From Bacteroidales bacterium (GTDB taxonomy: Bacteria > Bacteroidota > Bacteroidia > Bacteroidales > GCA-2748055), in contig JAXGMU010000001.1 of assembly GCA_040768485.1 (NCBI GenBank), positions 63,079-127,078 on the forward strand: a stretch of DNA of 64,000 nucleotides. Direction: 5' to 3'. This document shows positions 9,873 through 19,852 of the stretch, one piece after another. The translations under genes were made by a program, and so were the position numbers. Numbering within the stretch: the stretch's first letter is position 1; the number at the start of each line of letters is the position of its first letter. The notes beneath the pieces were generated by a model. It was not told where the DNA came from. It saw nothing but the letters and a program-made list of their open reading frames with translations, and did not search any database.

Positions 9873-10646
9873 ATGAACACACGTACATTAGGTTTCATCG
9901 GAGGCGGAAGAGTGACAAGGATCATTCTGAAGGCCTTTCAGAACAAGAATGTTGAATCCGGTTCCATTTCAGTGTTTGAACCCAACGGGGAAGTTGCCGG
10001 TAAATTGAAAGGACAGTTTCCGGAAATTGCGCTGGCAGACACACCACAGGAAGCTGCCGGTCAGGATATTGTATTCCTGGCCGTCCATCCGCCGGTCATG
10101 ATGGAAACCCTGGATGCGATCAGGCAAACGGCGACCGGGGATACGACGGTTATTTCCCTGGCACCGAAAATCACGATGGAGAAAATGGCTGCAGTGCTGT
10201 CCACCCAAAAGATCGCACGCCTGATCCCCAATGCCACTTCCTACATCAACAAAGGAATGAATCCCGTTGCATTTCATGCCTCATTCCCGGAGGAGGAAAA
10301 GAACATGATCATGAAACTGTTTAAAAAGCTCGGGAAGACCAGGGAGGTCGGGGAAGAGATGCTGGAAGGATACGCCATTGTCTCCGCCATGCTTCCCACC
10401 TATTTCTGGTTCCAGTGGAAAAAAATGGAGGAGATCGCCATGAAAACCGGGTTTTCAGAAGACGATGCGAAAAGAGTGATCCGGTCCACCCTGATGCGGG
10501 CCTCAAACCTGTACTATAAATCAGGATTGACCCCGGAAGAGGTAATGGATCTGATCCCCGTGAAACCCATCGGCGATCATGAGGAGCAGATCGAAGAGAT
10601 CCTGGAATCAAAATTGATGGGCCTTTACGGCAAAATTAAACCTTAA
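9873..10646 (+). CDS. Divergent pyrroline-5-carboxylate reductase-like NAD(P)-binding oxidoreductase
   Basis: GFIGGG Rossmann motif, FLAVHP, RLIPN; lacks the SPGGTT motif of ProC. Confidence 0.75.
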   Translation: MNTRTLGFIGGGRVTRIILKAFQNKNVESGSISVFEPNGEVAGKLKGQFPEIALADTPQEAAGQDIVFLAVHPPVMMETLDAIRQTATGDTTVISLAPKITMEKMAAVLSTQKIARLIPNATSYINKGMNPVAFHASFPEEEKNMIMKLFKKLGKTREVGEEMLEGYAIVSAMLPTYFWFQWKKMEEIAMKTGFSEDDAKRVIRSTLMRASNLYYKSGLTPEEVMDLIPVKPIGDHEEQIEEILESKLMGLYGKIKP

Positions 10647-10662
10647 TGCTTTCCTTGAAGTT

Positions 10663-11100
10663 ATGAAAACAAAAATACTGATCCTTTGCACGGGCAACAG
10701 CTGCCGCAGCCAGATGGCCCACGGTTTTTTACAGTCTTTCGATTCCCGGCTGACCGTGAGATCCGCCGGCACCGAACCCGCCGGGAAAGTCCATCCGCTG
10801 GCAGTAAAGGCCATGCATGAGGCGGGAATTGATATCAGCGGACACCATCCAACGTCCGTAGATGAATATATCCATGAAGACTGGGATTATGTGATCACGG
10901 TATGCGATGATGCCCGGGAAAGCTGTCCCGTGTTCCCGGGCAGGGTTACACACAGGTTGCACACCGGGTTCGAGGATCCCTCCAGAGCCACCGGGTCGGA
11001 GGCTTATATATGGAGTGAATTTGTCAGGGTGCGCGATGAAATCAGGGAAACATTCTACAGATTATACACCGAAAAAATCAAACCAAATGAAGAAAGCTGA
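10663..11100 (+). CDS. arsC: Thioredoxin-dependent arsenate reductase (LMW-PTP family)
   Basis: CTGNSCRSQMA P-loop, TVCDDARESCP redox cysteines, FEDP. Confidence 0.95.
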   Translation: MKTKILILCTGNSCRSQMAHGFLQSFDSRLTVRSAGTEPAGKVHPLAVKAMHEAGIDISGHHPTSVDEYIHEDWDYVITVCDDARESCPVFPGRVTHRLHTGFEDPSRATGSEAYIWSEFVRVRDEIRETFYRLYTEKIKPNEES

Positions 11101-11920
11101 AGATTTAAAACTGATCGTACAGGAAAAATACGCCGAAATCGCCTCCAGGAGCCTGTCCGCGAACAGGTCATCCTGCTGCGGAGCCGAAGGGTGCTGTGGT
11201 GAGACGGATTACAGCATGCTCAGTGAGGACTATACCGCACTTGAAGGGTATAATCCGGAGGCGGACCTGGGGCTGGGATGCGGACTGCCCACGCAATTTG
11301 CCGGGATAAAGAAAGGCGACCATGTACTGGACCTGGGTTCAGGGGCAGGAAACGACTGCTTCGTGGCCCGGACCCTTGTGGGAGAGGAAGGCAGGGTAAC
11401 GGGACTGGACTTCACCGATTCCATGCTGGAAAAAGCTGCGCTGAACCTGAAAAAAACAGGTTTCAGGAACATTGATTTTATCAAAGGGGATATTGAAGAA
11501 ATACCGCTTCCGGACAATACGTTTGATGTGGTCATCAGCAATTGCGTCCTGAACCTGGTACCCGACAAGCGAAAGGCCTTCGGTGAGATCTTCCGCGTAC
11601 TGAAGCCCGGCGGGCATTTCTGTATTTCCGACGTGGTGATGGAGGGTGCGCTTCCTGAAAAAATAAGGGAGGCGGCAGAAATGTATGCCGGATGCGTATC
11701 GGGTGCACTGCAGAAACAGGAGTACCTGGCAATCATCAGGGAAGCAGGATTCACCGGAATTGTGGTACATGATGAGCGGAAAACCTTCATCCCGGAAGAT
11801 ATGCTGGCCAGATACCTTTCTGCCGGTGAGATCGCGGAATTCAGACAGGGTCGCTCAGGCATCTTCAGCATCACCCTCAACGCGGAAAAACAAGGATCAT
11901 CAGCGCTGAAATCCGTATGA
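11087..11920 (+). CDS. arsM: Arsenite S-adenosylmethionine methyltransferase
   Basis: N-terminal CC pairs, LGLGCGLP, LDLGSGAG, ISNCVLNL, YAGCVSGA; start at MKKAED overlapping the arsC end. Confidence 0.95.
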   Translation: MKKAEDLKLIVQEKYAEIASRSLSANRSSCCGAEGCCGETDYSMLSEDYTALEGYNPEADLGLGCGLPTQFAGIKKGDHVLDLGSGAGNDCFVARTLVGEEGRVTGLDFTDSMLEKAALNLKKTGFRNIDFIKGDIEEIPLPDNTFDVVISNCVLNLVPDKRKAFGEIFRVLKPGGHFCISDVVMEGALPEKIREAAEMYAGCVSGALQKQEYLAIIREAGFTGIVVHDERKTFIPEDMLARYLSAGEIAEFRQGRSGIFSITLNAEKQGSSALKSV

Positions 11921-11923
11921 TGT

Positions 11924-12955
11924 ATGAGTGAGCAACGAAAGCGGATAGGTGTATTTGAGAAATATCTTACCCTGTGGGTCGCATTATGCATCGCGGCGGG
12001 CATTGCCATTGGTCATTTTGCGGGCGACGGAATGAGCTTCCTGAGCGAAGCGGAGATCTTCAATGTGAACATCCCGGTAGCCGTCCTGATCTGGCTGATG
12101 ATCTACCCGATGATGCTGCAGGTGGATTTTTCCAGTATCAGGAATGTCGGGAAGCGGCCGAGGGGACTGCTCCTCACCCTGGTGGTGAACTGGCTGATCA
12201 AGCCGTTTACCATGGCTTTTTTTGCATGGATCTTTTTCACGAAGATCTATGCGGCCTTCATCTCCCCCGAACAGGCGGGCGAATATATTGCAGGGGCCAT
12301 CCTGCTTGGCGCGGCTCCCTGCACGGCAATGGTTTTCGTCTGGAGCTACCTTACAAACGGAGATCCCAACTATACGCTGGTGCAGGTTTCCGTCAACGAC
12401 CTGATCATCCTGGTTGCATTTGTGCCCATCGTCGGACTCCTCCTGGGGATTACGGATGTGCACATCCCATATGACACACTGATCACCAGCGTGGTTATTT
12501 TCGTGGTGGTCCCCCTGGCCGCAGGATATGTGACCAATAAATCCCTGATCAGGAGAAGAGGGGAAGAATGGTTCACGAACGAGTTCCTTCCGAAATTCAA
12601 ACCCGTTTCCATCCTGGCGCTTCTGACAACCCTCGTGCTGCTGTTCGCTTTCCAGGGCACCACCATCATCGAAAATCCGCTGATTATCCTGCTGGTGGCC
12701 GTCCCCCTGGTGATCCAGACCTATTTCATCTTTTTCCTTGCCTGGTTTGGAGGACGATACCTGAAATTACCACACAATGTCTGCGCACCCGCATCCATGA
12801 TCGGCGCCAGTAACTTTTTCGAGCTTGCCGTGGCCGTGGCCATTGCCCTGTTCGGGCTGCAATCGCCGGCGGCGATGGTCACCGTGGTGGGGGTCCTGGT
12901 AGAGGTACCGGTCATGTTATCCCTGGTGGCACTGGCCAACAGGTGGAAATACTGA
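11924..12955 (+). CDS. acr3: ACR3 arsenite efflux transporter
   Basis: [40 protein letters not shown]. Confidence 0.96.
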   Translation: MSEQRKRIGVFEKYLTLWVALCIAAGIAIGHFAGDGMSFLSEAEIFNVNIPVAVLIWLMIYPMMLQVDFSSIRNVGKRPRGLLLTLVVNWLIKPFTMAFFAWIFFTKIYAAFISPEQAGEYIAGAILLGAAPCTAMVFVWSYLTNGDPNYTLVQVSVNDLIILVAFVPIVGLLLGITDVHIPYDTLITSVVIFVVVPLAAGYVTNKSLIRRRGEEWFTNEFLPKFKPVSILALLTTLVLLFAFQGTTIIENPLIILLVAVPLVIQTYFIFFLAWFGGRYLKLPHNVCAPASMIGASNFFELAVAVAIALFGLQSPAAMVTVVGVLVEVPVMLSLVALANRWKY

Positions 12956-12970
12956 AAGGAGCCGGGATCA

Positions 12971-14263
12971 TCAATGGGCATGGGGATGGCCCGATACATC
13001 TTTTTTCATCTCAGCCATCAGTGCCTGTGCATTGCTGACCACAAAGCGTACCGAATCGTTTACCGGCTCCCGAAAAGCGATCCCCGTATAGCCCGCTTCG
13101 GTGATCCCCCGTTCGATTTCCGTCCGTTGAAAGATGTACCAGGCTTCCTCCGCCCTCAAATCATCATGTGCATGAAGTTGCTCCGTGGACCCGGTTGCTG
13201 CAAGCCGGAATACATAATCCCTGCCCTGGTCCGATACCAGCGCTTCTTCCGGCAGTGCGTACTGCCGGTCCCCTCCGGTGTGTATCTGTGCGATCACTGC
13301 CATACCGGGTAAAAGTGCGGGATCCATCCGGACGATACGGGCATGGACCAGCGCTGTGCGGGTTTCCGGATCGAACCGTTGTGATTTTTTCAGGATGGAT
13401 CCTTCCAGGAGCACCGGACGAGAATGATTGGACATGCTGAAAGTCACCCGCTGGCCCACCTGCACCTTATCGATATCCCTTTCATACACCTCCAGGTCAA
13501 TATGCGCTTTTTCGTTGGCCGTAATCCGGCACAGTTCCTGCTGTGGTGAGATATGGACCCCCGTATTGACACTGACCGCAGAAATGTATCCCGATATGGG
13601 CGCCGGCAACGGATAGCTTTTCCTTATTCCTTCCGGTGTGATCCGGTCCGGATCGATATGGATCAGTTCCAGCTTTTTTCTCAGACTTTGCATATTGGCC
13701 TGTCCTGTCTCGTATTCCCATTTGATCTGCTGGAATGTCCTTGCCGCATTGATGCTGTCCGCATACAGACTTTCCTGTCTCCGGTATTCTTCCGCCAGGT
13801 ATTCTTGCCGGCTACGCATCTCCAGATACTCCCGCTGCAACTCCACAATATCAGGGTGTTCGATAAGAGCGATGGTCTGTCCTTTTTGCACATAATCCCC
13901 TTCGATCACGGACAGATCGCGTACAATTCCGCCGATGAACGGGTTCACATAAGCCTCGGCGGACGGAGGCAGGGTGATGGTCCCGAACGCCTTCACCAGT
14001 CCCGACAGACTCATGCGGGATATGCGACCCACAGAAATGTCCACGGTCTCCATCTGTCTCGCGGTGACCAGTACCTGTCCCTCTGCAAGGGACTCCCTGA
14101 TTGCTTCCGGTCCCCCTTCCGTATGCAAGTGTTCTGCTGATGCCTCTGTGTGTTCTCCGGGATTCTCCAATTGACCCTGCCGGTTGCACGCAACCGCAAA
14201 GAAAAGACTGAGAAAGGTCCATGCGATGATCATTCCGGGTTTGATCTTATTTGTTCCTGTCAT
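12971..14263 (-). CDS. RND efflux periplasmic adaptor (CzcB/CusB-like) lipoprotein
   Basis: Lipobox-like FAVAC, biotinyl-like VIEGDYVQKGQ, APISG, DPETRT, LLPGM; His-rich segments. Confidence 0.9.
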   Translation of the reverse strand: MTGTNKIKPGMIIAWTFLSLFFAVACNRQGQLENPGEHTEASAEHLHTEGGPEAIRESLAEGQVLVTARQMETVDISVGRISRMSLSGLVKAFGTITLPPSAEAYVNPFIGGIVRDLSVIEGDYVQKGQTIALIEHPDIVELQREYLEMRSRQEYLAEEYRRQESLYADSINAARTFQQIKWEYETGQANMQSLRKKLELIHIDPDRITPEGIRKSYPLPAPISGYISAVSVNTGVHISPQQELCRITANEKAHIDLEVYERDIDKVQVGQRVTFSMSNHSRPVLLEGSILKKSQRFDPETRTALVHARIVRMDPALLPGMAVIAQIHTGGDRQYALPEEALVSDQGRDYVFRLAATGSTEQLHAHDDLRAEEAWYIFQRTEIERGITEAGYTGIAFREPVNDSVRFVVSNAQALMAEMKKDVSGHPHAH

Positions 14264-14295
14264 GTTATGTTGATTTATACCTGTTTTGTTTTTTT

Positions 14296-17200
14296 TTACA
14301 TTCCCAGCAAATACTCCAGTTCGACCAGCTTTCTGTTGTATTCCAGCAGCACATCCAGGTAATCGAGCCGGATGGAGGTGGACTGGTCGAAATACTGGAC
14401 ATACTGCAGGTAACCGATGTTTCCTGCTTCGTACTGCCCGAAGGCGCTTTTCACGATCATGTCTGCTTCCCGCAGGCGGATCTCCCGGTAATACTCCAGT
14501 TGCCGGCGATCATGCTCCAGGTCGTTTCTTAAGGTGGCGAGATCGATGCCGACCTCCTTTTCCGCTTGGAGGTACTGCTGGTAGTCCATCTCGGCAGCGA
14601 TTTCAGCACCCTTGTTCTTCGCCCGCTCTGCGTAAAAATCGATGGGAATTCTCAAGCCGATTTCAAAGGAGTTGTAATTTCCGTCTTGTTTGAAATCCGT
14701 GTACCTGTACCTGAAAAAAGGATCTGGCCAAAGGGAGGATCTTACCACCCGGCTCATGGCACGGGAGGCTTCCCAGGTGCTGTGGAAAACATTCAGGTCC
14801 GGATTGCCCGCAAGGTCCGGGTTGCCACCAGTGGAATCAACCGGGGAGAGCGTTTCCGGAAATGGGTATGCCGTCAGGATGGTATCGGCAATCCGGACCG
14901 GCCCTTCCGTAAACATCGCCATTTCCAGCATCTTTTGCATGTTATCCATCAGCGTTCCGGCTTTTTCCTTTTCCACGGTGATCTGCCTGTATTTGGCGCT
15001 GGTGGAAATCTGTTCTAGGAAAGAAATATCACCAGCGCTGTACCTCGATTTCCCGGCACGGTCCAGACCGGAAAAGATTTCTTCCAGCTGTTGCATCAGC
15101 CTGAGTTTCTGCCCGGCATAAGTGACCTCGATATACGCCATTTTTACATTCCGGGTAATCGCTGCTCTCACCTGATTCAGCCGGTCCTCCTCCCTCCGGA
15201 TGCGATAACCGGCCAGCTTGTCCAGAGCCGCGTATTCCAGCGGATTCCGGAGAGACTGTTCCACCGACCACCGGTGCAGACCGGTACCTTCGTTTTCCTT
15301 TTCGAAGGACAGTTCCGTATCCGGCAGGTCCCATACCGCAGTCTTCAGCCATTGCTGCCGCGCCACCCCCAGGTCTGCCGCTTTTACCGCCGGGTGGTTC
15401 TCCAGCGCAGCCCACACCGCCTCTTCCATGGTATAGGAGGGGACCGCCTCCAGCGCATTTCGCGTTGCCAGGCTCTCATTCGGTACGGGTTTGCTGCCTT
15501 GTTCCGGGACCTGTCCCCTTACCGCAGGGAAGAGCGTCCCCATGCCCAGGAGAACCAGGATGAACCAGGATCTGTTGTTTTTTCGCCCCATGTTTCCTCT
15601 TTTTGTTACAATTTTCTCCAGGGAGGGCACCCTGATTTTTCTCTCACTGAAGGTATAGATGATGGGTAAAAGGATCAGCGTGAGCAATGTGGCCGTGAGG
15701 AGTCCCCCTACCACCACCGTGGCAAGAGGTCGCTGTACTTCCGCTCCCGGGGAAGTGGAAAGAGCCATGGGTAGGAACCCCAGGGCATCGGTCAGTGCGG
15801 TCAGGATAACCGGCCGCAGCCGCAGATCGGTACCGTGATAAACCCGTCGGTATACGTTGCCCATGCCCTCTCCTTTAAGTTCGTTGAAAAAGCTCATGAG
15901 TACCACCCCGTTGAGTACGGCGATCCCGAACAGGGCGATGAACCCCACGGCCGCAGAGATGCTGAAAGGCATTCCCCGGATCCAGAGAGAGAACACTCCA
16001 CCGATGGCCGCCAGGGGAACCGCTGAAAATACCAGGATGGACTGCTTCAGCGAACCGAAAAGCATGTAAAGCAGGATAAAGATGAATCCCAGTACGAGGG
16101 GGACCACCCACCGCAGGCGCTTTTTCGCACTCTGCAGGTTTTCATACTCACCTTCATAGGTCAGGTAATATCCCCTGGGAAAATCCAGTTTTTCTTCAAG
16201 CTGTTTCTGTACCTCTTCCACAAACGATTCTGTATCGCGGTCGCCGATATTCACATCCACCTCTAGTTTCCTGCGTACGCTCTCCCTGGATATGGCAGCC
16301 GGTCCGTCCTGCATGGTAATGGTGGCCACCTCGCTCAGCTTCACCTGTTGGCCGTTGGGGCGCTTGATATACAGATCGCCCACCGCATCCGGATCGCTGC
16401 GGTATTTTTCATCCAGTCGTACCACCTGTGAAAACTGCCGCTCACCTTCGTAGATCGTACCGGCCACTGCCCCGGAATACCCTGCCTGGATCGTGCGGTT
16501 CACCCGGTCGATATCAAGCCCGTAGCGGGCCAGGATGTCCCTGTCGTATCGAATGACGACCTGCGGCAGGCCGATGACCTTCTGCACATTCAGATCGCCC
16601 GCACCGGGTATCCTGCGGATGATCTCACCGGCTTCATTCCCAATCCGGAACAGGGTATCCAGATGATCCCCGTAGATGTTCAACAGCAAATCGGCCGATG
16701 AACCCGTGAGCAGGTGGTTAAAGAGCATTTCCACAGGCTGGGCGAAGAAGAAATTCACTCCTGGAACGGCAGCCGACATCTCCTCTTTCATCATTTCTTC
16801 CAGTTCATCCTTGGTCTGTGCCCTGGTCCATTCATCTTTCGGGGTCAGGTTAATGATCATCTTTGCCATTTCCAGTGACATGGGATCTGTGGGGATTTCC
16901 CCCGTACCGATCTTTGTGGCCACCTGCTCCACCTCATCTGGAAATTCTTTCAGAAGGACCTGTTCCAGGCTGGTGTTGATCCTCACGGTCTCCTCCAGGG
17001 ATGTTCCCGGCTGAAGGATCGGGTGAATGGCAAAATCTCCTTCATCCAGTGTCGGGATAAAAACAGCACCCATGCGGAAAAAAATAAAAAGGGCGGCAAT
17101 GAACAGGACAAGGATCCCGGATATGACTGCATAGCGGTAACGCAACGCCGAACCCAGCAGTCTCCGGTATCCATTCCGGACCCGACCCAGGATCCGGTCT

Positions 17201-18756
17201 GCCGGTCTGTTCATATCCTTTTTATCAGGCCGCACGATCCAGGCGGTCATCATGGGTACATAGGTCAGGCACAAAATGATGGCGCCGATCAGTGCCGAGC
17301 CGAATGTAATGGCCATGGGACGGAACATCTTACCCTCCTGTCCCGTGAGCGCCAGGATCGGAATGAACACGATCAGGATGATCAATTGTCCGAATACGGC
17401 TGTGCGCATCATCCGCCCCGAGGCCCCGATGGTGATCCCATCCATCCGGGCCTGAAGCTCCCTGCCCCTGCTGTGTTTCAATGAGGCCATGTTCCGGCTC
17501 AACTGAAAGACCACGAATTCAACGATAATGACGGCCCCGTCGATGATGATCCCGAAATCCACCGCTCCCAGGCTGATCAGGTTGGCCGAGAAATCAAACG
17601 TATACATAATCCCGAGGGCAAACAGCAGTGACAGGGGAATGACCGAGGCGGTGATCAGCCCTGACCGGAAATTTCCCATCAGGAATACAAGCACAAAAAT
17701 GACAATGAGGGCTCCCAGTGTCAGGTTTTCCACCACGGTATGCGTGGTTTCACCGATCAGCGAGGAGCGGTCCAGAAATGGTTCCAGCTGCACACCCTCA
17801 GGCAAGGCTTCCCTGACCCTGGTAAGCCTTTCCTTCACATCTTTGATCACCCGGGCGGGATTTTCCCCGCGCAGCATCATGATCTTCCCGCCGACCGCCT
17901 CTCCCTTTCCGTTATAGGTAAAGGCGCCGAACCGGGGAGCGCTTCCGAAACCGACCCGGGCTACATCGCCTATCCGAAGGGGGATCCCGCCTTTATTATG
18001 AATAACCGTGTTGCGGATATCCTCGAGGGAGGTGATGAGCCCTTCTCCCCTGATGAAATAAGCCTGTCTGTTCTTTTCGATGTAGCTGCCACCGGTGTTG
18101 GCATTGTTTTTTGTCAGTACCTCGTATACATCACTGATGGTGATGTTGTAGCTCCTCAGCCGGGCAGGGTCCACGGCCACCTCGTACTGCTTCAGGTATC
18201 CCCCCATGGTATTCACTCCCACCACCCCGGGAATATTGATCAACTCCTTTTTCACGATCCAGTCCTGGATCTCCCGCAGGTCCATGGCATCATACAGGGT
18301 ATCATACCCCGGTTCGGTAGTGAGCACGTACTGGTATATTTCGCCAAGTCCCGAAGTCATCGGTCCCATGGATGGCTCACCCACTGCCCGGGGTAATTTA
18401 TCTGTTGCACTTTTTAATTTTTCCATTACCAGCTGCCTGGGTTTGTACATGCCCAAGCGCTCTTCAAAGACCAGGGTGATGTCGGACAATCCGAACTTGG
18501 ACACCGAACGGATCTCGATCAGTCCGGGCAGGTTCCCCATTTCAAGCTCGATGGGATAGGTGATGAGCCGTTCCACCTCCTCTGTGGCCAGATCTGGGGT
18601 GTAGGTAGTCACTTTTACCTGGTTGTTGGTCAGATCGGGTACACTGTTCAGCGGAAGGTGCAACATGGAGTAAATCCCCCAGCCGGTCCACGCCAGGATA
18701 AAGAGCCCGATGACCAGTTTGTTTTTTACGGAAAATTCAATGATCCTTTGTATCAT
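14296..18756 (-). CDS. CusA/CzcA heavy-metal RND transporter fused to a C-terminal TolC-like outer-membrane efflux domain
   Basis: GAVDFGIIIDG, EGKMFRPMA, RLRPVILT, GAEVQRPLA over about 1040 aa, followed by about 400 aa helical OEP-like region (AVWAALENHP...YEAGNIGYLQY). Confidence 0.92.
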   Translation of the reverse strand: MIQRIIEFSVKNKLVIGLFILAWTGWGIYSMLHLPLNSVPDLTNNQVKVTTYTPDLATEEVERLITYPIELEMGNLPGLIEIRSVSKFGLSDITLVFEERLGMYKPRQLVMEKLKSATDKLPRAVGEPSMGPMTSGLGEIYQYVLTTEPGYDTLYDAMDLREIQDWIVKKELINIPGVVGVNTMGGYLKQYEVAVDPARLRSYNITISDVYEVLTKNNANTGGSYIEKNRQAYFIRGEGLITSLEDIRNTVIHNKGGIPLRIGDVARVGFGSAPRFGAFTYNGKGEAVGGKIMMLRGENPARVIKDVKERLTRVREALPEGVQLEPFLDRSSLIGETTHTVVENLTLGALIVIFVLVFLMGNFRSGLITASVIPLSLLFALGIMYTFDFSANLISLGAVDFGIIIDGAVIIVEFVVFQLSRNMASLKHSRGRELQARMDGITIGASGRMMRTAVFGQLIILIVFIPILALTGQEGKMFRPMAITFGSALIGAIILCLTYVPMMTAWIVRPDKKDMNRPADRILGRVRNGYRRLLGSALRYRYAVISGILVLFIAALFIFFRMGAVFIPTLDEGDFAIHPILQPGTSLEETVRINTSLEQVLLKEFPDEVEQVATKIGTGEIPTDPMSLEMAKMIINLTPKDEWTRAQTKDELEEMMKEEMSAAVPGVNFFFAQPVEMLFNHLLTGSSADLLLNIYGDHLDTLFRIGNEAGEIIRRIPGAGDLNVQKVIGLPQVVIRYDRDILARYGLDIDRVNRTIQAGYSGAVAGTIYEGERQFSQVVRLDEKYRSDPDAVGDLYIKRPNGQQVKLSEVATITMQDGPAAISRESVRRKLEVDVNIGDRDTESFVEEVQKQLEEKLDFPRGYYLTYEGEYENLQSAKKRLRWVVPLVLGFIFILLYMLFGSLKQSILVFSAVPLAAIGGVFSLWIRGMPFSISAAVGFIALFGIAVLNGVVLMSFFNELKGEGMGNVYRRVYHGTDLRLRPVILTALTDALGFLPMALSTSPGAEVQRPLATVVVGGLLTATLLTLILLPIIYTFSERKIRVPSLEKIVTKRGNMGRKNNRSWFILVLLGMGTLFPAVRGQVPEQGSKPVPNESLATRNALEAVPSYTMEEAVWAALENHPAVKAADLGVARQQWLKTAVWDLPDTELSFEKENEGTGLHRWSVEQSLRNPLEYAALDKLAGYRIRREEDRLNQVRAAITRNVKMAYIEVTYAGQKLRLMQQLEEIFSGLDRAGKSRYSAGDISFLEQISTSAKYRQITVEKEKAGTLMDNMQKMLEMAMFTEGPVRIADTILTAYPFPETLSPVDSTGGNPDLAGNPDLNVFHSTWEASRAMSRVVRSSLWPDPFFRYRYTDFKQDGNYNSFEIGLRIPIDFYAERAKNKGAEIAAEMDYQQYLQAEKEVGIDLATLRNDLEHDRRQLEYYREIRLREADMIVKSAFGQYEAGNIGYLQYVQYFDQSTSIRLDYLDVLLEYNRKLVELEYLLGM

Positions 18757-18842
18757 ATCACGGATAACATTTGCTGTTCACTTGGAAAGGCTGCCTTAAA
18801 GCCGGATTCAGGAACGGCAGCCAGTAAAATTTTCGGTCGGAA

Positions 18843-19247
18843 TCAGCAAGCGCCCGGAGGGGCTCTCAGGGGAGAATCCTCAAGGATGTAACCAACGGGA
18901 AGGAGAACCCTGAGTTCATTGGGAATGATCTGATTACCACCGTCATTTGCTTCCGCGATCCGGGTGAGATCCGCAGAGAGAACAGTGGCAAATAAAACGG
19001 GTTGAAGATCTGCATGCTGATCATCATCCCTGGCAAATACGGAATAATTAAAAAAATGACAGTGGGAGGGCCCCTTTTCCGGGGAAAGATGAGATGCCGC
19101 GGTATCGCCGTGATGACATCCCTGACCGGTGATCAACGGGTCATCAGCATGGAAATGGTGGTTATGCGGGATCAATACATGCGCAGTGATGATCAATCCC
19201 GCCAGCATGGAAAAAAGTGATCCGGTTATCTGAACTTTTGCTCCCAA
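18843..19247 (-). CDS. His-rich small protein ending in RAPP; putative metal-responsive leader/arrest peptide
   Basis: Hydrophobic N-terminus, HVLIPHNHHFH...CHH...HCH, C-terminal SPLRAPPGAC; TTG start; directly upstream of the RND gene. Confidence 0.7.
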   Translation of the reverse strand: MGAKVQITGSLFSMLAGLIITAHVLIPHNHHFHADDPLITGQGCHHGDTAASHLSPEKGPSHCHFFNYSVFARDDDQHADLQPVLFATVLSADLTRIAEANDGGNQIIPNELRVLLPVGYILEDSPLRAPPGAC

Positions 19248-19306
19248 GTCCTGTGTTTCCTGTTCATAAAGATAACCGCAAATGTAAAAAAATCCGCCAA
19301 ATGCGG

Positions 19307-19693
19307 TTAGAGGGATGAGATCACCCGGTTCAGCCTTTCCCTGATCTCTTCTGCAATGGGTTTGAGTTCCGGATTGTCGACTGCCATCATGGAGGCTACG
19401 GGATCCACTGCGGCAACTTCGGTCTGATGATCTTCCAGTTCACGGACAATCACATTGCATGGGAGCATGGTCCCAATTCTATTCTCGGCCTGGAGGGCCT
19501 TATATGCATTCGGGGGATTGCACGCTCCCAGGATCTTGTATTTGTTGAGATCCACATCCAGTTTATTTTTCATGACCTCATGCACATTGATTTCCGACAA
19601 GATGCCGAATCCTTCCTTTTTGAGATTTTCGGTCACTTTTGCAACAGCCTCATCAAAGGATGCCCCGAGGGTTTTTTCAACATAATACTTCAT
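19307..19693 (-). CDS. DUF302-domain protein
   Basis: EGFGILSEI, YKILGACNP, IGTMLPCNVIV motifs; start corrected to MKYYVE. Confidence 0.9.
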   Translation of the reverse strand: MKYYVEKTLGASFDEAVAKVTENLKKEGFGILSEINVHEVMKNKLDVDLNKYKILGACNPPNAYKALQAENRIGTMLPCNVIVRELEDHQTEVAAVDPVASMMAVDNPELKPIAEEIRERLNRVISSL

Positions 19694-19852
19694 GGTCATA
19701 AGTTTTTTCAGAGAATCGTCCGATACCTTCCAAGATGACAAATATTGTCGCTTCTTGTTCAAATGAAAAAAAACAGTCAGTGTGAAGCAACAGGTAAAAT
19801 GATTAATTTTCCGGGAGAAACCATCCTGATATGATGATATAACGTAACTCAC

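Noticed and set aside
14296..18756. RND-TolC fusion as a novelty
   Set aside because: CusA/CzcA proteins of about 1450 aa with a fused outer-membrane efflux domain are common in Bacteroidota
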